Positions 32,767-42,347 of a stretch of DNA of 64,000 nucleotides are shown in pieces. Origin of the DNA: Vulcanimicrobiota bacterium (GTDB lineage Bacteria > Vulcanimicrobiota > Vulcanimicrobiia > Vulcanimicrobiales > Vulcanimicrobiaceae). Positions within the stretch are counted from its first letter, which is position 1, and each line of letters begins with the position of its first letter. Position numbers and translations under genes: made by a program. The stretch spans positions 256,001-320,000 of the forward strand of contig CAWGBN010000008.1 of NCBI GenBank assembly GCA_963820825.1, written 5' to 3'. The notes under the pieces were generated by a model. It was not told where the DNA came from. It was given only the letters and a program-made list of their open reading frames with translations, and did no database searches.

Positions 32767-33629
32767 TCTCGGCCGACACCAAAGACGCGCTCGCGCGCGA
32801 GCTCCCCAGCGCCGGCCACTGCCGCGAAGCGCTCCTCGCCGGACTCGCCCTCTACGGCGGAGCGCGCGGCGAGTTCGTTACGCATCGCAACTCGGTTGCG
32901 CGCCTCTTCTGGTCGCTCCTCGAAGAGCGTAAGTCGCACCCGATCGAGAGCCGCGCCCCGACGCGACTGCATCGGCTCCCGACGTTTGCCGTCGCGCTCC
33001 CCGCGCGTCTGCAGGGGATGCCGCCCAAGCCGGTCCATAAATGCGATCGTCTGATCGAAGTTCGCGCGGCGTTTCTTGCGTGCGGATCGTTGGCTGCGGG
33101 CAGTCACGGCTATCACCTCGAGTTCGTGCTGCGCGACGCCGACGTCGCGCAGCGCTTGAAGTGGATGCTTCGCAGCGCCGGCGTGCCGGCGAAAGAGGTC
33201 CGCCGCAAAGCGCGCAACGTTCTGTATTACAAAGACTTCGACGCAATCGCCGAGGTGCTCACGCTCGTCGGCGCCTTCGCAGCGGTGCTGCAGCTCGAAG
33301 ACGTCCGCGCGTTGCGCGAGACGAAGAATCGCATCCATCGCCTCGTCAACACCGAGGCTGCGAATCTCGAGCGCAGCGCGCAGGCGGCCGCGGCGCAGCG
33401 TCACGTCATCGAATACCTGCGCAGCGCGTACGGGCTCGGCCGTCTCAGCCCCGCATTGCGCGAGATTGCCGAGCTGCGCCTCAAACATCCCGACGAGTCG
33501 CTCGCGGAGCTCGGCCGGCGCTGTAATCCGACGATCCCCAAGCCGACCGTGAGCAGCCGCCTCGGCGCGCTCAACCGCCTAGCCGACCATTTGCGCGGCG
33601 GGCAGGTGAGCGTGAAAGCCGCCCGGTAA
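32757..33629 (+). CDS. whiA: DNA-binding protein WhiA
   Basis: AFLACGSL..YHLEF, LYYKD, RLVNTEAANL, LRLKHPDESLAELG. Confidence 0.92.
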   Translation: MAVISADTKDALARELPSAGHCREALLAGLALYGGARGEFVTHRNSVARLFWSLLEERKSHPIESRAPTRLHRLPTFAVALPARLQGMPPKPVHKCDRLIEVRAAFLACGSLAAGSHGYHLEFVLRDADVAQRLKWMLRSAGVPAKEVRRKARNVLYYKDFDAIAEVLTLVGAFAAVLQLEDVRALRETKNRIHRLVNTEAANLERSAQAAAAQRHVIEYLRSAYGLGRLSPALREIAELRLKHPDESLAELGRRCNPTIPKPTVSSRLGALNRLADHLRGGQVSVKAAR

Positions 33630-33638
33630 ACGGCGCTT

Positions 33639-34652
33639 ATGCGCATTGGAATCAATGGCTTCGGCCGCATTGGACGGAACTTCACCAAAGCGATCGCGGA
33701 GCGGCATCCCGAGATCGAGATCGCTGCGATCAACGATCTGACCGACGCGCAGCAATGCGCGCACCTCTTCAAATACGACAGCAACTACGGCATCTATGCC
33801 GGCAACGTCGGCGCCGAGGATGGGAAGCTCACGATCGACCGCCAAACGATCCGCGTCTTCGCCGAACGCGACCCGGGCAAGCTCCCGTGGAGCGACCTCG
33901 GCGTCGACGTGGTCATCGAATCGACCGGGCTCTTCACCGATGCGGCCAAGGCGCGCGCGCATATCGATAGCGGCGGTGCGAAAAAAGTCATAATTTCGGC
34001 GCCGGCCAAGGGCGAGGACATCACGGTCGTGCTCGGCGTCAACGACGACCGCTACGATCCCGCGGTCCACAACGTGATCTCCAACGCGTCCTGCACGACG
34101 AACTGCCTCGCGACGGCCGTCAAGCCGGTCGTCGACGCGCTCGGCTGGGTCAAGGGCTTCATGACCACGATCCACTCGTACACCAACGACCAGAACGTCC
34201 TGGACGGCCCGCACAAGGATCCGCGACGCGCCCGCAACGCGGCGACGAATATCGTTCCGACGTCGACCGGGGCGGCGAAGGCGCTCTATCTCACGATCCC
34301 GCAAGTCGAGGGCACGTTCGACGGTTTCGCGCTGCGCGTGCCGACGCCGACGGTCTCGATGATCTATCTCGTCGCTCAAACGAAGAAGCCGGCGACGCGC
34401 GCCGAGCTCAACGACATTCTCCGGCGCGCGGCCGAAGGCGAGATGAGCAAGTACGTCGCGTACACCGAGAACGAGCTCGTCTCCAGCGACTTCAAGAAGG
34501 ATCCGCACAGTTCGATCATCGATTCGAAACTGAACAACGCCAACGGCGATCTCGTCCAGATTGCCGCCTGGTACGACAACGAGTGGGGATACTCGTGCCG
34601 GCTCGCCGAGCTCACCGCGATGGTGCTGGCGACGATTCCCGCAAGAGTCTAG
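33639..34652 (+). CDS. gap: Glyceraldehyde-3-phosphate dehydrogenase (type I)
   Basis: GINGFGRIGR, SNASCTTNCL, WYDNEWGYS. Confidence 0.98.
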   Translation: MRIGINGFGRIGRNFTKAIAERHPEIEIAAINDLTDAQQCAHLFKYDSNYGIYAGNVGAEDGKLTIDRQTIRVFAERDPGKLPWSDLGVDVVIESTGLFTDAAKARAHIDSGGAKKVIISAPAKGEDITVVLGVNDDRYDPAVHNVISNASCTTNCLATAVKPVVDALGWVKGFMTTIHSYTNDQNVLDGPHKDPRRARNAATNIVPTSTGAAKALYLTIPQVEGTFDGFALRVPTPTVSMIYLVAQTKKPATRAELNDILRRAAEGEMSKYVAYTENELVSSDFKKDPHSSIIDSKLNNANGDLVQIAAWYDNEWGYSCRLAELTAMVLATIPARV

Positions 34653-34671
34653 CCCAGCTCGAGCCTTCCCA

Positions 34672-35853
34672 ATGCCTTTCCGGCGATTAACCGACCTCGA
34701 CGTGCGGGGTAAACGCGTCTTGGTGCGCGAGGATCTCAACGTGCCGATGAACGGCAATGAGATTCTCGATTACGCGCGGGTCGACGCCGCGATTCCGACG
34801 CTTCGGCGGCTGCACGAGCAGGGCGCGAAAACGATCGTGCTCTCGCATCTCGGGCGCCCCGACGGCAAACCCGACGTGCGCTACTCGTTGCGCCCGCTCG
34901 CCCAAGCGCTCTCCGACCGGCTCGACACGAGCGTGCGATTTGCCGAAGACTGCGTCGGCGAGGCGGCGGCGAGCGCCGTCGCGCAGCTGCACGACGGCGA
35001 CGTGCTCCTGCTCGAGAACGTTCGCTTCCATCCCGAGGAAGAGCGCAACGATCCGGCCTTCGCCAAACGCCTTGCCGCACTCGGCGATCTCTACGTCAAC
35101 GACGCCTTCGCAACCGCACATCGCGCGCACGCCTCGACCGAAGGCCTCGCGCACCTCCTCCCGAACGCCGCCGGCCTGCTGATGGAGGCCGAGCTCGCCG
35201 CGCTCTCGCGTCTGGTCGAGAACCCACGCAAGCCCTTCGTCTGCGCAATCGGCGGCGCGAAGATCAAAGATAAGATCGGACTGCTCGCGCGTCTCTGCGA
35301 GCTCGTCGACGCCTTCTGCATCGGCGGCGGAATGGCAAACACGCTGCTCGCGGCCTCCGGCGTCGACGTCGGCAGATCGCTGCGCGACGACGATCTCGAG
35401 CCGGCGCGTCAGGTTCTGGCCATTATTGCGCGGCGCGGGGTGAAGCTCGAGCTGCCCAGCGACGCGGTCATTGCCCCGAGCCTCGATGCCGAAAGCGCGG
35501 CGCGCGACGCGCCGATCGACGCCGTCGGCGACGAGATGATTCTCGACATCGGCGTCGAGACCGCGCAACGCTATGCGCGCACGATCGAGCAGGCAAAGAC
35601 GATCGTATTCAACGGCCCGATGGGCGTCTACGAACGCGCCGCGTACCGCCGCGGCACCGAGATCGTCGGCGAAGCGATCGCGCGCGCGACGTCGGCGGGC
35701 GCGGTGAGCGTGGTCGGCGGGGGCGATGCCGCCGCGGCCGCTCACATGCTCGGCTTTGCCGCAGAGATGACCTTCGTTTCGACCGGCGGCGGCGCGACGC
35801 TGGAGTATTTGGAAGGGAAGAGACTTCCTGGAGTCGCCGCACTTGAATCCTAA
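34672..35853 (+). CDS. pgk: Phosphoglycerate kinase
   Basis: GKRVLVREDLNVP, SHLGRP, LLENVRF, NDAFATAHRAHAS, VSTGGGA. Confidence 0.98.
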   Translation: MPFRRLTDLDVRGKRVLVREDLNVPMNGNEILDYARVDAAIPTLRRLHEQGAKTIVLSHLGRPDGKPDVRYSLRPLAQALSDRLDTSVRFAEDCVGEAAASAVAQLHDGDVLLLENVRFHPEEERNDPAFAKRLAALGDLYVNDAFATAHRAHASTEGLAHLLPNAAGLLMEAELAALSRLVENPRKPFVCAIGGAKIKDKIGLLARLCELVDAFCIGGGMANTLLAASGVDVGRSLRDDDLEPARQVLAIIARRGVKLELPSDAVIAPSLDAESAARDAPIDAVGDEMILDIGVETAQRYARTIEQAKTIVFNGPMGVYERAAYRRGTEIVGEAIARATSAGAVSVVGGGDAAAAAHMLGFAAEMTFVSTGGGATLEYLEGKRLPGVAALES

Positions 35854-36610
35854 GCGCCCGCGCACGATTCTTGCAGGCAACTGGAAGATGCACAAAACGG
35901 TGCACGAGACCGCCGCCTTTCTCGATGCGTTTCTTCCCGCGGCCGCCGATTTGCCCGGCAAGGTCGAGATCGTTCTCGCGCCGCCCTTTACCTCGATTCC
36001 ATTAGCGGCGCAGCGACTCGCCGGTACGCGGGTACGGCTCGGCGCCCAGACGATGCATTGGGAGCTCAAGGGGGCGTTCACCGGCGAGATCAGCGCGCCG
36101 ATGCTGCGCGAGCTCGGCGTGACGTACGTCATCCTCGGGCACTCCGAGCGGCGCGCGTATTGCGACGAGACCGATCGAACCGTGAACTTAAAAGTGCATA
36201 CCGCGCTGCGCGAAGGTCTCACCCCGATCGTCGCCGTCGGCGAAACGCTCGACGAACGCAAGGCGGGCAAGACCGACGAACGCGTCGTCGCGCAGACGCG
36301 CGCGGCCTTTCACGGCGTTCCTGCAAGCGAACTAGCAACGGTCGTTATTGCCTACGAACCGATCTGGGCGATCGGCACCGGAAGCAGCTGCGAAGTGGAG
36401 GACGCCGATCGCGTCATGGGGACGATTCGTGGCTGCCTCGACGGCGTTGAGGCAACGCCGATCCTCTACGGCGGAAGCATGACGGCCGCGAACGTCGCGG
36501 GATACGTCGCGCGTGCGAACGTTAATGGCGGTCTCGTCGGCGGGGCTTCGCTCGATCCCGAAGTCTTCGCGACGCTGATCGCCAACGCGGCATCCGCCGT
36601 GTCATCCTGA
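35843..36610 (+). CDS. tpiA: Triosephosphate isomerase
   Basis: AGNWKM, GHSERR, AYEPIWAIGTG, YGGS, LVGGASL. Confidence 0.98.
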   Translation: MNPKRPRTILAGNWKMHKTVHETAAFLDAFLPAAADLPGKVEIVLAPPFTSIPLAAQRLAGTRVRLGAQTMHWELKGAFTGEISAPMLRELGVTYVILGHSERRAYCDETDRTVNLKVHTALREGLTPIVAVGETLDERKAGKTDERVVAQTRAAFHGVPASELATVVIAYEPIWAIGTGSSCEVEDADRVMGTIRGCLDGVEATPILYGGSMTAANVAGYVARANVNGGLVGGASLDPEVFATLIANAASAVSS

Positions 36611-36615
36611 GCCGG

Positions 36616-38178
36616 ATGCAGTACCGTCCGGTCGTGCTTGCGGTGCTCGATGGCTGGGGCTGCCGCGAAGACCTGCACGGCAACGCGATCTCCGCCGCGG
36701 CGCTTCCGCACTGGCACGACCTATTGGCGCGTTATCCGCACACCGAGCTGCAAGCATCGGGAGAGTTCGTCGGGCTTCCGAAGGGCGTGATGGGCAACAG
36801 CGAGGTCGGCCACATGAACTTGGGCAGCGGGCGGGTCGTTCCGCAAGGCGTGACGGTCATCGACGCGGCCATCGCCGACGGCGCGTTCGCCGGGAACGAG
36901 ACGCTGCAGCGCGCTCTGGCGCACGTTGCCCGCAGCGGCGGACGGCTGCACCTCATGGGCCTGCTCTCCGACGGCTGCGTCCATAGCTCGATCGTCCATC
37001 TCTTTGCCTTGATCGACGCCGCGGTTGCGGCGAACGCGCCGCTCGCCGTTCATTGTTTTCTCGATGGACGCGACACGCCGCCGCGCTCGGCGCTCGGCTT
37101 CGTGGAGCGGCTCGAGTGCAAGCTCGGCGACAGCGGTCGAGCGGGCGCGATTGCCAGCGTCACCGGCCGGTACTACGCCATGGATCGCGACCGGCGCTGG
37201 GAACGCACGAAACTCGCCTACGACCTGCTGGCCGACGGGCAGGCCGAGTATCGCGCGGCCGATGCTTCGACGGCCGTGCGCGACGGATATGCTCGCAACG
37301 AGGACGACGAGTTCGTCCGGCCGACGATCGTCGGCGAGCCGCGTCCGATCGAGGACTGCGACGCCTTCATCTTCTTCAACTTTCGCCCCGACCGCGCGCG
37401 CCAGCTCACGACGGCCTTCAACGCCGGAACGAGCATCTATTTCGACGACGGCTTCGGCGTCTTCGCCTCAAAGCCGTATCGCGATCCATTCTTTGCGACG
37501 ATGACGAAATACGACGAGGCCTATACCAACCCGGTGCTCTTCGGACCGCGCCCGCAGTACGATACGTTCGGCGAGATACTCTCGCGCGAAGGGCTGCGCC
37601 AGCTTCGGCTCGCCGAGACCGAGAAGTACGCGCACGTCACCTACTTCTTCAACGGCGGACGCGAAGATCAATTCGAAGGCGAAGAGCGCACCCTCATTCC
37701 CTCCGATCGCACCGTGGCCACCTACGATCTCGCGCCGGCGATGCGCGCGCGCGAGATCACCGAGGCCGCGGTCGGGGCGATCGCCGGCGGCACGTACGAT
37801 GCGATCATCATGAACTACGCCAACGCCGACATGGTCGGGCATACCGGGAAATGGGATCCGACGATCGTGGGCGTCGAGACGATCGACGAGTGCTTAGCGC
37901 GCCTTGCGGATGCAGTGCTCGCGGCGGACGGGCTGCTCGCGATCACGGCCGATCACGGCAACGCCGAAGAGAAGATCGACGCGCGAGGGAATCCGCTCAC
38001 CGCGCATACGACCAATCCCGTTCCGTTCGTTCTCGTGGCGAAGCAGCTTAACGGAACCCTCGCGCCCGGCGGCAAGCTCGGCGACGTGGCGCCGACGCTG
38101 CTCACGCTCATGGGATTGCCGATTCCCGAGCGTATGACCGGACGGAATCTCTTCGTGCCGTTGCCGGCTGCCGGTTAA
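36616..38178 (+). CDS. gpmI: 2,3-bisphosphoglycerate-independent phosphoglycerate mutase
   Basis: LDGWG, MGNSEVGH, DGRDT, GRYYAMDRD, AETEKYAHVT, DMVGHTG, ADHGNAE. Confidence 0.98.
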   Translation: MQYRPVVLAVLDGWGCREDLHGNAISAAALPHWHDLLARYPHTELQASGEFVGLPKGVMGNSEVGHMNLGSGRVVPQGVTVIDAAIADGAFAGNETLQRALAHVARSGGRLHLMGLLSDGCVHSSIVHLFALIDAAVAANAPLAVHCFLDGRDTPPRSALGFVERLECKLGDSGRAGAIASVTGRYYAMDRDRRWERTKLAYDLLADGQAEYRAADASTAVRDGYARNEDDEFVRPTIVGEPRPIEDCDAFIFFNFRPDRARQLTTAFNAGTSIYFDDGFGVFASKPYRDPFFATMTKYDEAYTNPVLFGPRPQYDTFGEILSREGLRQLRLAETEKYAHVTYFFNGGREDQFEGEERTLIPSDRTVATYDLAPAMRAREITEAAVGAIAGGTYDAIIMNYANADMVGHTGKWDPTIVGVETIDECLARLADAVLAADGLLAITADHGNAEEKIDARGNPLTAHTTNPVPFVLVAKQLNGTLAPGGKLGDVAPTLLTLMGLPIPERMTGRNLFVPLPAAG

Positions 38179-38241
38179 AAATTCAGAGGAATCACAGGCT
38201 CCTCTACGTCGGTTATCAGGCTCGCATGAGAGAGTACGTTC

Positions 38242-38355
38242 ATGGACGCACACGACGTACTGCTCGTAACGCGAGCCTTAATCTACTTCGTCTTTGCCGG
38301 AACGGCGACCGTTGCCATCGCCGTTCTCGCGCATCTGGTGCCGTCAATTGGCTAG
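38242..38355 (+). CDS. Putative 37-aa single-pass membrane microprotein
   Basis: MDAHDVLLVTRALIYFVFAGTATVAIAVLAHLVPSIG*, with GAGAGAG upstream. Too short for the ORF track. Confidence 0.5.
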   Translation: MDAHDVLLVTRALIYFVFAGTATVAIAVLAHLVPSIG

Positions 38356-38660
38356 CCATCGGTGCGGTAGCAGCCGCTGGCATCCACCGCGATGCGTCGT
38401 TCCCCGACCACGATCGCACGGATTCGGTGATCCCAGAAGGAGAGAACGTGCACCGCCGCCGGACGCAGCCTTGCGATGATCTCGCGAGCCCGCTGCGAAA
38501 CGGCGACCGCGTCCTTGACCCAGCGCGGTTGATCGTTTGGGAGAAGCGTCGTCTCGAGTTCGGCCTCGGCGACGACCGGGACGACCGCCTCCGAGCGACT
38601 CGCACCGATCTGTAGGGGCAGAGCGGCACTGGGCTCGTCGAGCTCAATGCGGCGCAACAT
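38352..38660 (-). CDS. Hypothetical protein
   Basis: 102-aa ORF overlapping the 3' end of the sigma factor gene; plausible composition. Confidence 0.45.
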   Translation of the reverse strand: MLRRIELDEPSAALPLQIGASRSEAVVPVVAEAELETTLLPNDQPRWVKDAVAVSQRAREIIARLRPAAVHVLSFWDHRIRAIVVGERRIAVDASGCYRTDG

Positions 38661-39321
38661 GCGCTTGCTGCTTTAGTTTGGCCAGAGCGGTGGTGTGCAG
38701 CTGCGAAGCGCGCTGCGGTGAGATCGCCAGACGCCGGCCGACCGCGCGCAACGAGGTTTCGTGGAAGTAGTGCAGGAGCACCACCTGACGATGACGCCGC
38801 GGCAAGGCCGAAAGCATTTCGGCAAGCTCGGCACGCTGCAAGCGCCGCTCGACGATGCGCGCCGGATCGTCGCTCCAATCGTAAGCAAGCGCTTCGCCGC
38901 GAGGAAGCGGCGCGTCGAGCGAGAGCGGCTGTCCGCGGTAGGCGGCCGCGACCGCGCGGTTATACCCGGGACATCGCCGCTCCATCTCTTGAGGGCTCGG
39001 CACGTCGCCCCGCTGCGCGGCGAGCGTATAGCGCTGATTCTCGCCCTCGCGTACGAGCCGGCGCGCCCGCTCCGAGACCGGATCCATGCGGCGTACGCCG
39101 TTAAGCATTGCGCCGACGATCAGCCGGCGCGCATACTCCGCGAGTTGCGGACCCCGCAATGGGTCGAAGGAGTCGACCGCTCGAATGAGCCCGATCGATC
39201 CGTCACCGACGAGGTCGTCGACGTCGAGACTCGGGACGAGCCGTTTGAGCCGCCGCGCGACCTTGCGCACCAGCGGAAGCAGCGCGCGGACCTGGGCGTC
39301 GCGTTCCGGCGCTTCGCTCAT
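38644..39321 (-). CDS. FliA/WhiG (sigma-28) family RNA polymerase sigma factor
   Basis: PLVRKVA..DDLVGDGSIGLIRAVDSFDP.RG..YA..GAML, SLDAP, region 4 LAISPQRASQLH. Confidence 0.85.
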   Translation of the reverse strand: MSEAPERDAQVRALLPLVRKVARRLKRLVPSLDVDDLVGDGSIGLIRAVDSFDPLRGPQLAEYARRLIVGAMLNGVRRMDPVSERARRLVREGENQRYTLAAQRGDVPSPQEMERRCPGYNRAVAAAYRGQPLSLDAPLPRGEALAYDWSDDPARIVERRLQRAELAEMLSALPRRHRQVVLLHYFHETSLRAVGRRLAISPQRASQLHTTALAKLKQQAHVAPH

Positions 39322-39512
39322 CGCGCCCGCTCCAAGCTCGCTGCAACGAACGCTGCGAAACCGCGAGCATCGTGGCGCGCCATCTCGTTTGCAAGCTGAT
39401 CGAGCTCGTATTCGCCGAGCACGCCGGCGCCGTCGATCATCGGGCGAAGGATCGGCGCGAGCAGCATCGCCTCGAAGAGCTCGCCGGCGCGGCGCGCCGT
39501 CAGGCTATCCAC
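39318..39512 (-). CDS. Small FlgJ-like rod-binding domain protein
   Basis: A.ELFEAMLL..IL..M...LANEMA...GFA pattern; lies downstream of flgG. Confidence 0.55.
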   Translation of the reverse strand: MDSLTARRAGELFEAMLLAPILRPMIDGAGVLGEYELDQLANEMARHDARGFAAFVAASLERAR

Positions 39513-39608
39513 GCTGCCGATCGTCCAGCCCCGGAGAATCCATGCCCCAGATCATATCGGCCGATTGTTGCCGAAGGGTGATCCGGACGTTACGCAAAGG
39601 AGTCGTTC

Positions 39609-40046
39609 ATGAGTGACGCGATAGCCCCGGGTATTCAGGAGACGTTTGACCGGCTAAGCGATGCCTGGAAAAACGGCGACGGGGCGGCCTTTGCTGAGTG
39701 CTGCACCGAGGACGTCGACTTTATCAACTTGCTCGGCATGCACGTCACCGGACGGCGCGCCGTCGCGGAGCTGCACGAAAAAATCTTTCGCGGCCCGTAC
39801 AAGGGCAGCACCGTTGCCTTTACGATCGAGAGCGTTCGCACAATTTCGCCGACCGCATCGCTGGTGATCGCACCATCTCGACTCGACATTCCGTCCGGGC
39901 CGGTGAAGGGAATCGTCCTGAGCATCGCCAGCATCTTGCTCGTGCGCGACGACGAAGGCTGGAAGCTCGCTAACTTTCACAACACGCGGCGTGAGGCGAC
40001 CGAGGCCGACCATCTCGCCATCATGCGTAAGGCCGTCCGCGATTAA
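39609..40046 (+). CDS. SnoaL-like/NTF2-fold protein (SgcJ/EcaC family)
   Basis: AWKNGDGAAFAECCTEDVDFIN..G....GR...WKLANFHNT; AAGGAG RBS. Confidence 0.85.
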   Translation: MSDAIAPGIQETFDRLSDAWKNGDGAAFAECCTEDVDFINLLGMHVTGRRAVAELHEKIFRGPYKGSTVAFTIESVRTISPTASLVIAPSRLDIPSGPVKGIVLSIASILLVRDDEGWKLANFHNTRREATEADHLAIMRKAVRD

Positions 40047-40052
40047 ACGTCG

Positions 40053-40781
40053 TCAACCACGCTGCAAGTTGTTGGCAATGCGCAGCATCTCGTCGGCCGC
40101 CTGAACCCCTTTAGCGTTCGCTTCGTACGCACGCTGGGCGGTAAGAATCTGCATCATCGCGTCGATGATCGTGACGTTCGACTCTTCGAGCATGCCGAAG
40201 CGCAGCTTCGGCCCGTCGTCGCAGCCGGGAACGACCATTCGCGCCCTGCCCGACTGCGCGGTCGCTTCGAAGAGCGCGCCGTCGCGGGCGCGCAACCGCT
40301 CCGGCGCGGCGAATTCGGCGAGCCGAATCCTGCCGATCACGCGCTGACCCTTGGCAAGGGTCGCGCGAACGGTGCCGTCGGCGTCGACCGTCGCCGCGAG
40401 TGCCTCCGCGGGAATTCGTACGCCGTCGAGGCGCAGATCGTGCGCGTCGCGCAGCGTGCCGTCGGCGGCGCGTGAAAACTCGCCGCTGCGCGTGTAGTAC
40501 TGCCGGCCGTGCGCGTCGACGACGATAAAGAATCCCGGACCGTCGATCGCCAGATCGAACGGTCCGGGGCTTCGCGCCAGCTTCCCCTGCGCGAAGAGTA
40601 CGCGCGCACCGAGCGGGACGGTGCCGACGCCGCCTTCGCCCGGCGCGATCAGCTCGGCAAAACTCTGTGCCGAACCTTTGAAGCCGACGACGCCGGCGTT
40701 TGCTAGATTATCCGCGATCGTTTCGAGATTGCGTTGCTGTGCGGCCATTCCGCTGGCCGCAGCGAAGAGCGCGCGATCCAT
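40053..40781 (-). CDS. flgG: Flagellar basal-body rod protein FlgG family
   Basis: AASGMAAQQ..IADNLANA...GFK, DLAIDGPGFF, YTRSGEF, LEESNV, QRAYEANAK...ADEML. Confidence 0.88.
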   Translation of the reverse strand: MDRALFAAASGMAAQQRNLETIADNLANAGVVGFKGSAQSFAELIAPGEGGVGTVPLGARVLFAQGKLARSPGPFDLAIDGPGFFIVVDAHGRQYYTRSGEFSRAADGTLRDAHDLRLDGVRIPAEALAATVDADGTVRATLAKGQRVIGRIRLAEFAAPERLRARDGALFEATAQSGRARMVVPGCDDGPKLRFGMLEESNVTIIDAMMQILTAQRAYEANAKGVQAADEMLRIANNLQRG

Positions 40782-40793
40782 AGCTCCGGCCTC

Positions 40794-41153
40794 CTAAGCG
40801 ATGCGAGCGGCTTCGGCGGATTTTTGGCGCGCCGAATCGATGGCGGCGACGGACTTCTGTGCGCTTTCGAAGGAGCGCTCGGCCGCGAGCACGTCGATCA
40901 TCTCGGCGATCGCATCGATCCCGCTCGAAGCATCGGGTTCAGCGGCGCGGCGGCCGAGGGCACCGGCGCGGATCCCTCCGGAGCGGTCTCCCGGACGCTC
41001 TCGCGCGATCGTGACGCCCAGCGCGGTCAGGAAACCGCGCGCGGCGATGCGCCGAAACCCCTTCGTCGAGACGTTCGCCAGATTCTCGGTCGCGATCTCG
41101 AGCCGCGTTCTCGCCGCGACCATCGCGCTCGAGGCCCACTCAATGCCGTCCAC
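40794..41153 (-). CDS. Miniature flagellar rod protein (FlgF/FlgC-like; N- and C-terminal rod helices only)
   Basis: SAMVAARTRLEIATENLANVSTKGF and EMIDVLAAERSFESAQK with a short linker between. Confidence 0.7.
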   Translation of the reverse strand: MDGIEWASSAMVAARTRLEIATENLANVSTKGFRRIAARGFLTALGVTIARERPGDRSGGIRAGALGRRAAEPDASSGIDAIAEMIDVLAAERSFESAQKSVAAIDSARQKSAEAARIA

Positions 41154-41197
41154 GACCGCATGGTAGCGCGCGAGTGTGGCCGAATCGTCTCCACGCG

Positions 41198-41557
41198 ATG
41201 AACGTCTCGCGCGTCTCCCACGCCGCCCTCGCGGCGCTCCTCGCCGCCTGCAGCTCGCCTGCCCCGCAGCAGCGCGTCGACGATGCCGAGCTCGCCGCGG
41301 TTGCGTCGCTCAAACATACGTATCCCGACGTCGTGATGGGCTTCGATATCAAACCCGAGACGACGCTGATCGTCAGCCTCGACCTACAGCATTACATCGA
41401 CGCCGACGACGATAGCGTCGCCGCGCTCAAGCGCGACGCACTCGCTGCCTGGCGCGCCGCTTGGACCGCCGCTCATCCGCATTCACACGCGATCCTCCGC
41501 GTGCATTTCATCGACTTCATCGGCCGCAGCGTCGCCTCGGAGACGACGACGGTTTAA
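41198..41557 (+). CDS. Hypothetical lipoprotein
   Basis: Lipobox LAAC after ATG 41198. Confidence 0.7.
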   Translation: MNVSRVSHAALAALLAACSSPAPQQRVDDAELAAVASLKHTYPDVVMGFDIKPETTLIVSLDLQHYIDADDDSVAALKRDALAAWRAAWTAAHPHSHAILRVHFIDFIGRSVASETTTV

Positions 41558-41585
41558 CTCGGAGCGTTCGCCCGAGCCGATATAT

Positions 41586-42347
41586 TCAGCGCCGCGCGAT
41601 CACTGCCCAGATGCGGTGCAGCACCGGAATCGGTTCGTTGGGAAAATCCCGTCGCACCAAAGCGGCGAGTTCGTCGTCGAAAGCGGCCACGGCGTCCGGT
41701 GCCAAGCTGGCCGCAACCCCCGCGCTCGCTCGAATTCGCCCGCGCCATCCCTCGTGCGTGTACGCAATCGTCAGGTCGAACGAAAAGCTTTCGACGTTGC
41801 CGAAGCCGGCGGTCGCCGCATCCATCAACTCGCCTGCGTGAATGCCGTTGCTGCCGCCCATCTTCCATTGCGGATTGTGCCGCTCGATGAGACGCTCCGT
41901 CGCGTCGGCGACGTTGCCGCGCAGCGGAATCCAGTCGAGATGCGCGAGAAGCAGACGCCCGCCGGGAACGAGCACTCGATGCGCTTGCGCGGCGACGCGC
42001 GGCCGATCGAACCAGTGCCAGCACTGACCGGCAGAGACCACGTCGAAGCTCGCGTCGGAAAACGGCAGCTCTTCCGCGAGCGCTTCGACGTATTGCACCT
42101 CGACGCCGGCGGCTGCATCGAGCTCGCGCGCCCGATCGAGCAACGCGGTCGATCGATCCAAGCCCACGGCCTTGCATCCACGAAGCGCAAAACCGCGCGC
42201 CAGCGTTCCCGTGCCCGTGCCGAGATCGAGCACGCGATCGTTACGGTGCACTGCGGCCAGTGCGAATACCCGATCGAAGAATGCCTCGGGGAAGCCGGCT
42301 CGGTGGCGTCCGTAGTCGCCGGCCGTTTTACCGAAGTCGACGTTCAC
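41586..42347 (-). CDS. Class I SAM-dependent methyltransferase
   Basis: VLDLGTGTG, AEELPFSDASFDVV, QCWHWFD, RVLVPGG. Confidence 0.92.
   Translation of the reverse strand: MNVDFGKTAGDYGRHRAGFPEAFFDRVFALAAVHRNDRVLDLGTGTGTLARGFALRGCKAVGLDRSTALLDRARELDAAAGVEVQYVEALAEELPFSDASFDVVSAGQCWHWFDRPRVAAQAHRVLVPGGRLLLAHLDWIPLRGNVADATERLIERHNPQWKMGGSNGIHAGELMDAATAGFGNVESFSFDLTIAYTHEGWRGRIRASAGVAASLAPDAVAAFDDELAALVRRDFPNEPIPVLHRIWAVIARR

Noticed and set aside
38226..38615. 129-aa + strand ORF after gpmI
   Set aside because: Composition is unconvincing; the region is better explained by the 37-aa ORF and the minus-strand 38352-38660 ORF.
41555..41586. GCCGATAT sigma-28-like element on the + strand
   Set aside because: It points antisense into the 3' end of the methyltransferase gene, and the -35 spacing is off.
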